64,000 bases of DNA from assembly GCA_013265495.1 (NCBI GenBank), contig MU058687.1, forward strand, positions 3,474,001 to 3,538,000, written 5' to 3'. This document shows, piece by piece, positions 12,121 through 23,940 of this stretch. The translations under genes were made by a program, and so were the position numbers. Each line of letters begins with the position of its first letter. Within the stretch, counting starts at the first letter, position 1. The notes beneath the pieces are model-generated. The model worked only from the letters and a program-made list of their open reading frames with translations, did no database searches and had not been told where the DNA came from. The stretch comes from Vicugna vicugna. Its lineage: Eukaryota.

Positions 12121-13149
12121 AATATGCGACTCTAAAACAAGGGAGGATGGTGGCTTTAATTATGGTGATGGCATTGGATGGGGAGAGAAGTAGGCAGGAT
12201 TGAGGTATTTTGGGGACGTTGAAGGTGATCAATGGTGTAGAGTCAAAACTCTTTCTTTTTCCCCTCTCTCCTCTTTCATTCCACCAATATGTGCTGCTGT
12301 GTTCTAGCTTCCCAGGGGTGAACACTGAGGCTGAGTCTATCAAACATGCTGTGAAGGAGTGTCCTTGCACCAGTACCACTGGAAAGGAGAGAACAGATGC
12401 AGGAGTGGGCAAAGGGAGAACCACACAGCCTCAGCCAACCCCACAGGGCGCTCCAGACCTAGACCTGCCCTTCAAGGTTGTCCTGGGGCCTGGATGCTGG
12501 ACCTCCATCCATCCAAGGATGTGGGCCAACCTGGGAAGGGCCTATGGGACTTGGCCCAGGCAGCTCTCTTCAGCTGAGGCAGTTGCCGTCACAGCATCCA
12601 TCACATTTGTGAAGAGTCTCTGCGTGTCAGGTACTGTTGTAGATTCTGAGTGTATATCAGTGAATAGGGCCAGGTGAGGGAGAGACAACAAACAAATATA
12701 TAACATCAGGCAGTGAGAAGTGCAAAGCAGAAAACCAAACAAGGTTAGCTGAATGGTCGCTGGACAGGGAGGGTGAAGGTGGGGATGGAGGTGATAGAAA
12801 TTTGAAAGTAAAAGCAACCTGACAGTTTAGGGGTGGGGCAGGCTCTCTCTGCCTTCACATCCTTCCCAAGCTCCCTCCTGAGCTTCCAGCTGTCCCATCT
12901 CTTGGCCACAATTCCCAGCCTCTTTGTAGGAAGTCAGGGCAGCCCCACCTCCGGTGAGAAATCTTTCTTGTTTGCCAGTGGCCTGGGATTTTAGTAGTTG
13001 GAGAATGGTGCAAAGGGCAATAACTGGAGATTGGCACGTCTCCCTGCTTGCACTGGCTACCGCCTTCCACCCAGAACAGCTGGCACAGCCTGGGGCCTGA
13101 TCATTAACTGGGGGAAGGGGACAGACTGGCAGAAGGGGTGGCTGGGCCC

Positions 13150-13700
13150 AAGCACAGAGGCGCGCGCGTGCTTGTGTGTGTGTGTGTGTGTGTCCCTGCC
13201 GTTCCCTTGCTAAGCCCTTCTCACCTGGGCACGTGCCTGAGGGGGGCATGGCGCTGCCCCTACTGGGGATCAGGGATGGGGGAGGTGCCCCCAGCCAGGA
13301 GCACTCCAACTGCTGCCCTGACCCCCTCCTCAGTCCGGCCGCCAGTCGTGGATCATTGCGGATCATTGCGGCCGGGAGGGCAGGTGCCAACTCAGCCAGG
13401 GCATGAGCGCGGCGGCTCATAGACCGTAGGGCAAGGGCTGGAGAGTGAGCTCAGATCGCCCGCGGTCATTGGGCGCAGCATCCCAGGCAAGGTCGCAGCT
13501 GGCCCAGAGAGTGGTGCTCTGCCCTGGGCTCCGGCCGGTGACGCATTTAGCATCGAAACAAAACAAACCCACAAAAAATACTGAGTCAGTTGGCGACCAG
13601 TCCCTGTTTCTGACACCTTGGGTCGGCTTCCTGGTGACCGCCAGAATGAAGCTGCAGCAGGGCTGGATGGAGACCTTTGGAGGCGGCAACACTAGCCCAC
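13150..13700. promoter_or_regulatory. Small CpG-rich promoter/enhancer-like island
   Basis: About 23 CpGs in 13336-13690; CRE-like TGACGCA 13539-13545; AP-1 TGAGTCA 13582-13588; E-box CACGTG 13230-13235; (GC)n(GT)n tract 13160-13193; minus-strand donor CCAG|GTGAGA at 13225/13224. Confidence 0.55.
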
Positions 13701-13885
13701 AATATGAAATAAAAGCCATACTGGCTGGTAAAATAAGTGTAGAGAAGACAAAGAAAGTTCTAACTTCTGATAGTGGTGGTGATGAGGCCAGAGCTCCTCA
13801 GGCCCTGGGTTGAGGGGTGCCTTCTCCTCTTTTTCCCTCTCTGGCTTCCTTCCAGCTGGGCAGACAGAGGCCACTGTGACTTTTT

Positions 13886-14176
13886 AGGGTTGCTGCATTT
13901 ACCCAACAAAGTACAGGACACCCAGTTAAATTTAAATTTCAGATAAATGAACAATTTTTTTTTAGTATAAATATATCTCATGCATTATTTGGAACATACC
14001 TATATATCCTTATACTAAAGTAATTCATTATCTAAAAGTCAATGAATTTTAAAAATATAAGTATGTCCCAAATAATACATAGGCCATACTAAAAAAAAAA
14101 AAAAAGCTGGTTATTTATCTGAAATTTACCTGAAATTCAAATTTAACTGGTGTCCTGGATTTTATCTGGCAACCCT
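13886..14176. mobile_element. MER53 palindromic MITE, expanded by an internal inverted duplication
   Basis: Terminal inverted repeats AGGGTTGC/GCAACCCT; arms cagttaaattt.aatttcagataaa and its reverse complement; two inner hairpin units. Confidence 0.85.
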
Positions 14177-14814
14177 CCTTGAAAGTCACATCTTCCTTGG
14201 CCCATCAGGTCCAGGGAGTCAGGAAGGGTGGGCAGAGCCCTCAGGCCTTTTGCACCCTTCCCCACCCCACTCCCAACACTGTGAGTGTGCCTCAGGCTGC
14301 TTCTGAGTTCAGGTTCTTGCACAAAGGTGAGTGGTGGATGTTGAATTAGGAATTAGATGACCTGGGCTCTGAATCCCCGCCCTTCCAACACTGAGTTAGG
14401 CACAGTTAGTCTCTCTGAGATGAGGTCCCTCATCTTTAAGTGGGTGTAACAGCAGGTATAAAGCCTGCCAGATGAACATGTGGCTGGCACATTATCCATC
14501 CTAGTACCTTCCATCTGTGTATTTTAAGAAGCCGAGAGCAGCAGTCTCAAACTCAGGGGGCCGTGTGGGGGTAGGGTAAGTGAGATGAGAGCAGTCCCCC
14601 AAAGGGCGTCACCCATTGAGAGGGGAGGGGGCAGCTGTGATCTGGCTCCAGATGGTTATTGCCACATGGTAAAGTGAAGTCAGATCTTACAGTTTTTAAA
14701 AACAGTCTAGATACATGGACTTTCACAAAAAAAAATGATTTAAAAATATTGGCAACTGATTTATATTTTTCTTTAAACATTTTAAGCACCGTGCAGCCCT
14801 AACTAAGAAATGAA

Positions 14815-14960
14815 ACCTTAAAGTTACATAGTGTTTACTGTGTGCTAGGTATGATTCTAAGAGCTTCATGTGTATTAATTCACCCAAATACCCAATGAGG
14901 TAGATACTATTATGATTCCCATTTTGCAGATGAAGACACAGTGGCACAGAGAGGCCACGA
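14815..14960 (-). mobile_element. MIR SINE
   Basis: aggtagatactattatgattcccattttgcagatgaagacacagtggcacagaga. Confidence 0.75.
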
Positions 14961-17477
14961 ATGAATGCCATGTTTGGCCTGAAGGCACTTAGTTTGTTAT
15001 CTTTGAAGACTGTTCCTCTCTGAGCTTGCCTGGCTTTAGTTATGCTGAGCTATACTGAAGGCAGCACAATGGCTAAAATCACCAGGGGTGAGAGAGACGG
15101 GGGTTCAAGGCCCAGCCTGTTCACTTTCTTCCCAGCTGCGAGGCACTGTGCTGGTGAATGTCTAACAGCTAGGTCTCCAGGGAGTTGCCCATGGCCGTGG
15201 CGTAAATACTCCCACCAGAGCCGATTTGAAGCTACCAGGGTGCTGTCACTGAATGCTCCATCAGGGTGAGATGGACCCAATCAGCTCTAGCATATCCCTG
15301 CTGCTATGTGACCTCCAATGAGCTGATCCACATTTACTGCCTCCTTGCCTGTAAGATTGAAATCTGACCCCCTACCTCTTGAGGTGAGACGTGGAAAAAT
15401 TACACGAGTAGTGTGCTTGCACTCAGCCTAGCTCTCAGTAACCAGTAGCTGTTGTTATAGTGATTGCGTCCTGGTGTAGATACTCTCCTTTGTCACGAGG
15501 CTTTGGCCTCATGCTCACGTACATAGCAGGTGATTAGCAAAGACTGAATGAATCATTTTCCTTATGCTCTTCACTTGCTGAAATTCTCCCTCTTCTTTAA
15601 GCCCAGGCCAGTTCTGCTTCTTCCATGATGCCCTCCTGATTGCTCTTTCCCACACAGCTTCTCCTTGCCTCAAACTCTGCCAGTTTAGGTGGGAAGGTCT
15701 TTGACCAAGGAGGAGGGGAAGCCCAGAGCATAGGTGCACCCAAGCAGCTACCTCCAGGGGCAGCAGGCTGGCCTGATTGCAGAACCTAGGACAGGTGTAA
15801 AAGCCTTAGGTAAATCTTGCACCTTCTCTGGCAGCAAATTACTCTGCCTATGAAATCATAGTGGTTACACCTTTCCTGTCTCCCCGGTGGCTCAGGAGCA
15901 AATAAGTGGCCGCTGAAAGAGGAAAACATGTTGAAAGTTAATTTATGACATATTTGTGATACTAACTCCTCCTACCTCTCTGTACTTTCAGTTTTCTCGT
16001 CTGTAGAATGGGAATAATAACCATTGCTATCTCATAGGGGTTTTATGAGGATTAAATGACAATTTATGCAAGGTACTTAGGACAGGCCTGCTGCATATTA
16101 CATATTATGTATGTCAACTATTATTATTATTATAAATAATATCAAGGGGTGATAAACTGTCAGCTTGAAAGTCCCTTTCAGGAGTTGGGGCGGGGCAGTT
16201 CTTTTGAATGATATTCTGTTGGTGTTTCCTCCTTGCTGGGTACTCAGAACCCAAAGTCACTGGGGGCTTGAATTTACCTCTCCCCATGCCCCACAGAGAC
16301 CCCTTTGCACGTGCACACCTCACATGCTTTGGCTCCTGAGATTTCAGGGACAGTGGTGGGGGGTTGGATACCCTGTCTGTGATTGTGGCCTGAAGAGCAC
16401 AGAGATACCTCCATCCAAATACTTCTTCTTTTTATCCAGAAATATTTTATAAGCCCAAAGTATGCCCTAGGCCTACACTAGACTGGTTCTGATCTCAGTG
16501 GAGGTGACATAAATATCATGATAAAGTGCTGGACTGGAGTCGTAAAACCTGAATTTAGAGTGTGACTCTGCCAGTCTTTGCCTGAGTGCTCTTAGACAAG
16601 TTATTCAGTCACTCTGAGCCTCGATGATCTCATCTGTAAAATGGAGAGATTCAACATGATCTCTGAATGTTTTTTCTATTTCTAAAGTACTGTGTGTTCT
16701 TTCGCCCTCTTTCTGTTTGGTCCTGGGCATCAGGAGAGATGCAGGAAGCTGGAGTTGTAAGGACCTCCTTCTTGGCTTCCATTCACCCAAGACGTCAGCA
16801 TCTGACTGGCAGGAATCTATAAGGGACAGATTGCTGAGGAATAGAGAGGTCCTTAGCCCATTTATGAGGAGCAGAGAACAGCAATGGTGGGAGAGAACCA
16901 ATGGCAAGAGAAGAGGAGGTGGCAGAGAATGGCTTAAGAGCTTCTGGCACATGACCGTGGTGCTCCTTTGTACTTTGCTCCGCATCCCTCCATTTGGGAA
17001 ACTGTCATTCCCCACACATGTGTTGCAGGTGAGGCTATTATGGAGCTCTGCCCATCCCTGCTCAGAAGTGGAGATATGACCCAAGCTGAGATTATCAGTC
17101 ATTTTCAGGGGCCAATATGGATGACGAGGGAGACAGCAGCAGATTCCTTTCTATGGCTTCATTAGCTGTGGGAATGAGGTAAGTCTGGAACTATTTGGAA
17201 CATCTTTGATGTCACGTGGAGACAGGCTGTCAGAAAATGGAGCAAACTCAAGGAAAAGCAAAAATAGAAACAGAAGGTCCTAGTGACATAATTTGAGCTC
17301 CTGGATATAGCCATACCTAAAGCCAGCCCCACCCTTGGATTTCCCATTTATTTATACCAATACATTTTCCTTTTGATTATTCCAGTTTGAGTTGGATTTC
17401 TATTGATTGTGATTGACAGAGTTCTGGCAAATATAGAGTCCAGTAAATATAGTAGCACTTCAGGATGATATACTAGA

Positions 17478-17803
17478 TCCTTTCTACTCAAAGTGGCCCA
17501 AGGACTAGCAGCATGGGCATTCCCTGGGAGCTTGTTAGAATGTAGAATCTCAGGTCTATCTAAGACCTCAGAACCTGCATTTTAATAAGATCCTGGGTTA
17601 TTCATATATACATTGAAGTTTGAGAAGCATTACTCTAGACCAATGGCTCTCAGCTCTAGATGCACCTTTAAAAGTCCCAACACCCAAGCTACACCCCAGA
17701 CCAATTAAGTCAGAATCTCTGGAGGTGGACCCTGACAGCTGCATTTTTAAAAGCTCCCTGGGAGATAACAGCCAAGGTACAGCCAACGTTGAGGCTCATG
17801 GCT
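17478..17803. mobile_element. Two adjacent MER5A-type hAT-Charlie elements
   Basis: ctgggagcttgttagaatgtagaatctcagg...aagtttgagaagca, then ctctaga junction, then ccccagaccaattaagtcagaatctctgg. Confidence 0.75.
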
Positions 17804-18739
17804 CTGGTGTGATTTCCTTGATGGGAGCTAAAAGATCTGATGCTTCGTGATTTAGCTGAAGCCTGTTTCTGTGGTGGGCACAGCAAAGGGAACTTGGTGG
17901 TGTTGTCCCTTAGAAATGACGTGGGAGCTGCCCCTGCCTGGTAGAGGGGCCAGACTGGGCTGTAGCCACAGACAGAACTCACAGGCACCCCAAGGGCATT
18001 GTACCAAATCCCAGAATACTTTCTTCTCCTACTACCACAAAATATCTTCCCTTCCTTTGAATTCATAACCCAAGACTACAGAAAAATCTCTTAAGCTTTA
18101 AAAATTCAAGTCTCTTTGACACAGGGACTTGAACATTACCACAACCTGGATCCCAAATTGAACCCAAATACTATTTTTTTATTGAATCATGGACTACCCC
18201 CAAAATATGTTGTGTTTCTATTTCCTTCTAAAACATCATCATTGTGGTAAATCAGTTCACTCTGGAACTAATCCAGATGCTTTCTAAAACCAGGCAACTA
18301 GAGGAAAATGGGGATATCAGAATATTCTCTGAATTGAACGTGAGCAAAATTCTTTACATTGGAGACTTGCCTCTGACTGGTCATTGTGGGAGTTTGGCCT
18401 GTGGCTTCATGTTTCCAGTGGCTGGTCAGATGCTGTATTCTCCTTTCCATTTCTCTCTGAGTGAAGACCTCACCAGGACCCATGGGGCACCTGTGACCAA
18501 TTACGTATGGTCCAGGTGGCATCGTTAGGATGTTAGTAGGTGGCAGCGGTCGGTGTGCATGGAAAAATGAATAAGATGGCTTTATCCTCCGAGGGAGGGG
18601 GAGAAGAGGGATGGACAGGGAGTTTCTGGGGGTGCTTTGTGTTTGTTCTTTATGGTTTTAATGGCTGGTAAAGAACCCTTTCCTGCATGGAGCTCTGCTT
18701 GGGAGCAGGGAGAGATGTGGGAGGGGTCAGGGAGAGAGC

Positions 18740-18940
18740 TGAAATCCGGCCTTTCTCTGCTCACCGTTGTCAGCAGCTCATTAGGGATTCTAATCAGGCA
18801 GAAATATTTTCCCGTCAGCTCATTACAAACTCTAACAAGGTCCCAGCTCCAGGTCGTGGCTGCTTCTCTCCTGCTGGGGATAATGATGAGCAGCTTATTG
18901 GAGCCTTTGGTAACTCATTTGTTATAACATGCGATTCACA
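18740..18940. promoter_or_regulatory. Enhancer-like non-repetitive block
   Basis: CAGCTCATTA occurs twice, plus CTAATC and ATAATGA; TAAT cores are clustered. Confidence 0.3.
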
Positions 18941-19190
18941 GCAGCAAGAGGGCTCTGGGGTAGAGGAGGCAGAGGAGAGAGCAGGAGAAGAGATGGAGGG
19001 AGAGTCCCCTTTGCAGAGGACAGGAAGGCAGAAATTCCCCATGCTTTCAGGAAACCAAGTCCAGACCCTGATGGACACCTAGAATCTTCTGGGAATCTGG
19101 GTCCACTCTATGTGATGTGCACCCCAACTCCCACTGTGTGAAAGCGGGTAGCATCATGCCCCTTGTTGGCTGAAGAATAAAAGGAGAGTT

Positions 19191-19953
19191 GTTGTTGGGT
19201 TTTTTTGTATATATATATTTTTACTAAAGTATAGTCAGTTTACAATGTTGTGTCAATTTCTGGTGTACAGCATAATGCTTTAGCCATACATGAACATACA
19301 TATATTCATTTTCATATCATTTTTCACCATAAGTTAGTACAGGATATTGAATCTTATAGTTCCCTGTGCTATACAGTAGAACCTTGCTGTTTATCTATTT
19401 TATACATAGTAGTTAGTATCTACAAATCTTGAACTCCCAGTTTATCCCTTCCCGCCTCCTTCCCCTGCAGTGACCTTAAGTTTGTTTTCTATATCTGTGA
19501 GTCTTTCTGTTCTATAAATAAGTTTGTCTTTTTTTTTTAGATTCCACATATAAGTGATATCATATGGTATTTTTCTTTCTCTTTCTGGCTTACTTCACTT
19601 AGAATGACAATCTCCAGGTCCATCCATGTTGCTGCATATGGCATTATTTTTCTTTTTTGTGACTGAGTAGTATTCCATTGTATAAACATATCACAATTTC
19701 TTTATCCAGTCATCTGACATTGAGGTTGTTTCCATGTCTTGGCTATTGTAAATAGTGCTACTATGAACATTGATTGCATGTATATTTTTGAATTAAGTTT
19801 CCCTCTGGATGTATGCCCAGGAATGGGATTGCTGGATCATGTGGTAAGTCTATTTTTAGTCTTTTGAGGGATCCCCATACTGTTTTCCATAATGGCTGCA
19901 CCAAACTACATTCCCACCAATAGTGTAGAGTGTTCCCTTTTCTTCACAGCGTC
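19191..19953 (-). mobile_element. Young 5'-truncated L1 (ORF2 end plus 3' UTR)
   Basis: TSD taaaaggaga at 19178-19187 and 19954-19963; closely similar to the copies at 25179 and 39307. Confidence 0.9.
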
Positions 19954-20409
19954 TAAAAGGAGAATTTTTAATCCTGTGGGGAAGGTACTCAGGACCTCTG
20001 CTTTGCATACTTACATAGCCCTAGAGGCCAATCCTTGAAATTACTCAGCAATTTGAAAAATATTTGTGTTCCATAATTTTCCAGCTCAACTCATCAATGA
20101 CTACCTAATTCCCTTATCTTACTTCGAAACTTCTTTACTTGTCTATCAAGGCTTTCCATGAAGTAATTTTACTCAAACTAGTTGTATTTCATGTATTTCC
20201 CCCCATATAAAATCTTCTATTTGAAACTCTTGGGGGCTTGGTCTCTTCAATATCTCATAAAAATTGTTAATTTTACCTTCTTCTTGACTGTTCTTTCTTC
20301 ATATTCAAGTTCTATCCATTTACCAAAGCTTAACCACAGAATTACATCTCCTACAAACCCTTTCATGATTATGCTAACTTTCACTGGATGCCTACAGCAT
20401 GGCTTAAAA

Positions 20410-20627
20410 TGGGGATCTACCAACTATAACCTGTAGGCCAAATCTGGCCACCACCTCTTTTCATAAATGAAGTTTTATTTGGACACAGTGACACTCACAT
20501 TCTTACTATCTAGGGCTGCTTTTGCACTACATCAGAAGAGCTGAGTAGTTGAGCCAGAGACCATATAATCTGCAGTACCTAAAATATTTACTATTTGCCC
20601 CTTGGCAGAAAAAGTTTGCCTATCCCA
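20410..20627 (+). mobile_element. MER58A hAT-Charlie element
   Basis: ggccaaatctggcc...aaagtttgcctatccc; 8-bp TSD gcttaaaa/gcttaaac (7 of 8 match). Confidence 0.85.
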
Positions 20628-21058
20628 GCTTAAACTGTAAAGTTTATAACTTAACTTTATATTATACTTCCTTAAATTCTTCCAAAAAGCATTCCCAGGT
20701 TATTCCTTTTCCCTTCTTCCCTCTTTTCTTGCTCTGATCTTCCATCACATTTGTCTATCCAGTCCAGAAAGAAAAGCAGAGTCCTAGAGCTAAATCTGAA
20801 GGCTGGTTGTCTTGGAAATCATGACCTTTGCCTGTAAGAATAAGTTAAATTGGGGGAATGTGTATGGCCTTTTACTGGAATCTGTTTGGGAATGCTTGGA
20901 ATGGCCTTGTGGGATTTTTGTTGCATGTGTATAGTGTACAAACTTAAGGTTTTTAACACTAGTTGGTAGAACTCTGGTCCTCAGAGAGTCAGGAACCCCA
21001 AAGTTCAGGTGACTTCCCCTAGGCATTGCTTTAGTTACTTAAACAATTGGATGAACCC

Positions 21059-21605
21059 TGTATCAATTATCTATTGACATAATAATGCTACGTAAAAGAA
21101 CCACCCCCTAAACCTCACTGACTTAAAACAATAACCATTGATCATTTCTTACAGGCTTATGGATTGGCTGGCCTGCTTCGCTGATCTAGGCTGGGCTTGT
21201 CTGGGCTTAGCACCTGTGGTCAGGTTGGCTGGAGGCTGATTGATCTATAATGACCTCAGCTAGGGAGATCTGCCACTTCTCCACACTCTCCTCCGCCAGA
21301 AGGCTAGCTCTTCTTGTTCTCAATGATGGCGATGGGGTGGGGGTGGGGGGAGGCAGGGAGAGGGAGTAGGAGAAGGAGAGGGAGAGTGGTATAGGTGAGG
21401 CCTCTTAAGGCCCAGCTTGGAACTGATATGTTGCTGCCCACCTCTGTGACTGCAGTCTGTTGGTCAGAGTAAGATGCAAGGCAGCCTAGATTCAAAGAAC
21501 AGGGAAGTTGATTCAACCCCTTGATGAGCAGAAATACCAAATCACATTGCAAGTGGTGTAGGAAGGATGGAGAATTAGGGCCATTTTTGCAATCAGTCTG
21601 CTACA
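21059..21605 (-). mobile_element. MLT1 (H/G-like) MaLR LTR
   Basis: tgtatcaattatctattg...ggccatttttgcaatcagtctgctaca, TG/CA ends. Confidence 0.65.
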
Positions 21606-21899
21606 GACTCTCTGGGAAGGGAAAAATGCCTTTAGTCCCAAATAGCTCCTGGAAACTGAAGTGTACTAGGCTACTGCCCTCTTCTGTCTCTTCCCCTGGC
21701 TGTGGGAGTCATCAGAGCCTCCAGATCCTGTCCCCTTTTCACAACGTGTCGCCCACCTCCAAGGAATGCCACAGCTCTTGAACTGCCAGCTGCCAGCCCC
21801 TCCCTTCCCTGTCTCTCTGCTCCAAGCCTGAGGGATGTTGTGGGCAACCAGCTGGCTGGCTTGATGAATGCCACTTCTGTAAACCTTCCCCTGGCCTCT

Positions 21900-22170
21900 G
21901 TCGCAGCATCAGCGTGAAATGAACTTGCTAATACTCTGAGAGCCACAAACCTTTTCCTCTTCCCCAGCACGACGTATCGAATCGATCTGGCTGGGTGAGC
22001 CGCGACAAACCCCACAGTAAAAAGCATCAGCAAATTTAAAGCCTCGTTCGAGGTCTTGATTCACCATAAACTAAGCTGCCGGCAGCAGGCATCGACACTT
22101 CTTCCACCGCGGTTGATACCGGGATTTATTGACTTGCTGTTAAGATGTTGATATTGACCAAGACTGAGTT
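21900..22170. promoter_or_regulatory. CpG-retaining non-repetitive element, candidate enhancer
   Basis: About 15 CpGs in ~220 bp at moderate GC content; CCATAAA, TTTATTGAC and ATCGAT motifs. Confidence 0.4.
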
Positions 22171-22960
22171 CCAAATGAAAAGGCCTATGGCAGTATATCT
22201 TTATTGCTCAGATAATCTGAGGACTTGCTAATCCTTCCTTGTCCCACTCAATACTGTTGCAGAAATTCTTTTGGAACGGAGAGACCATCACTTAGACACA
22301 ATAAGATGCTCTTTCCCCACAAGGCCTCCTGAAATGGGGATGGAGGTCAAGCATGTTGAGAACATAACCAGAGTGTTGGAAACTCTATTCATGCCTGCAC
22401 CCAAAACCATGATACCTTTAACTTTTTAGAGACCCAGCTTTCTCCTCTTGGGAAACAGTCCAGAAGAAGACACAACAGGACTTCAAACGGAATCTGTTCA
22501 TGAACAGTGTCTACTTCCCTTCCCCCACTGGTCCTCTTCAGGGCTGCAGGCTTGCCTATCTCCAACCCAGACTGATGAATTCCAGTCCCAGGGGACCCTA
22601 TGATGTCACCCTTAGTGCTGGCCCCTGACAGTGAAATTAATGTGACATTTGGTTCTTGCTAATTTCAAGGCCCACTATGAACACAGACAAAGAAGGAAAA
22701 ATTTATTACCTGCTAATTTATTTTTTCATTGAAATACAGTCTGCAGCCCTCTCTTTAGAGGAGGATATGTTTGCAGTAGAGTCATATATGGTGACTTTTG
22801 AGTTATTTTGGATGTCAGGGTCCCTAGGGAGGCCAGCAGGGAGATGGTGAGCAGACTGAACGGGGCCAAGGAAGCAGTCCAGAGTGGCTGGGTTGGGGAG
22901 CAAGCCAGAGGGGCAGGATTTCCAGCCCAGCTCCTGTACCCAGCTCTGTTCCCCTTGAAG

Positions 22961-23070
22961 ATCTCTAAGGGCCTGTTCAAAGAGGAAAATGGAAGCTGAT
23001 CAGGAGAGGCCAAGGAAGACAGAACCACAGAAGATAGAGATTTCACAGACATGCTCTCCCCTGCTGTTAG
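22961..23070 (+). other. Candidate 110-nt exon
   Basis: Acceptor ctctgttccccttgaag|A, donor TTAG|GTAAGC, purine-rich; ATG in GAAAATGG (22989) is open to the donor. Confidence 0.25.
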
Positions 23071-23249
23071 GTAAGCAGGTGCAGTATGACCTACATGCTG
23101 ATCCACAGTCGGACTCTTGCTCTGTTCTCTCTCCTAAGACTTGAGTTGTCATTACCAGTGCAATCTCTACTAGCGCACCTGGCTTGCTGCCTCAGGGAGG
23201 GAAGGAATTGATCACAACATCAACTGCATCCCAAAGAGGTACTAACAGA

Positions 23250-23940
23250 GATTGAGAGCATAGGGGTGGCAGCCAGACAGCTTTGGGTTTGAAATCTGGC
23301 TTCAGCACTTACCATCTGGGAGACCTTGAGGAATCTCTTATATTTTCTCATCTGTAAAAAGGAGGAAATAATAACAGTACCATGGCAGTGTTTATTGCCT
23401 CCTTTTCTTCCTTGCCAACAGAATATCCATTTTGTTCAGGTATCACTTCCCATGATCTCTGGGGAGGTCCTGCTCCTTGAGTGAATGTGTGATCAGTTCT
23501 GGCCATGAGATGAAAGGAGAACATTTTGGTTCTGGCATTTTCCCTCCCTGATATGAGAAGGCAGACAAAGAATATCTCTCTGTTCTGTCTGACAGTTGCT
23601 TCCTTCTTGACCTGAAGCTGGTGTGTGGGAGGAACCTCCCTGCTCATGCTTCCCTCTGTTTCCTGTGGTGGGAATTTGCTGAGTAATGCTATGGCTTTGA
23701 CAGCCATTTTATTACCAAGAGACCAAAATAATGTGGAGACACCTATTCAGGGTCCTGCCATAATGAGACAGCTAAAACAAAGCCAGTAACTGTCTGTGTT
23801 TCATGTGAGAAAAATGGACACTTGTTTGTTAATGCTGCGGAGAATTAGTTATTCTGTTCCTTGCATCTGAAATCATCCCTAAACAATATAAGTGCCTATT
23901 TCATGGTTTGATGAGAGAATTAAATGAGGTAGTCAGAGAA
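23250..23940 (+). mobile_element. MIR interrupted by an old MLT1-type LTR
   Basis: MIR core 23280-23395 resumes near 23890 (gagaattaaatgagg); the intervening sequence ends like an MLT1 (ttattctgttccttgcatctgaaatcatccctaa). Confidence 0.5.

Noticed and set aside
11783..12424. Longest ORF (213 aa) and its overlapping ORFs
   Set aside because: Overlaps an LTR-like repeat, has no recognisable domain, and reads like antisense of purine-rich DNA
13350..13371. GGATCATT resembling the 3' end of 18S rRNA
   Set aside because: Only an 8-bp match with no flanking rRNA similarity
12827..13420. 197-aa ORF as an unspliced CDS
   Set aside because: Runs through a (CA)n microsatellite and past a strong splice donor; GC-rich DNA is poor in stop codons
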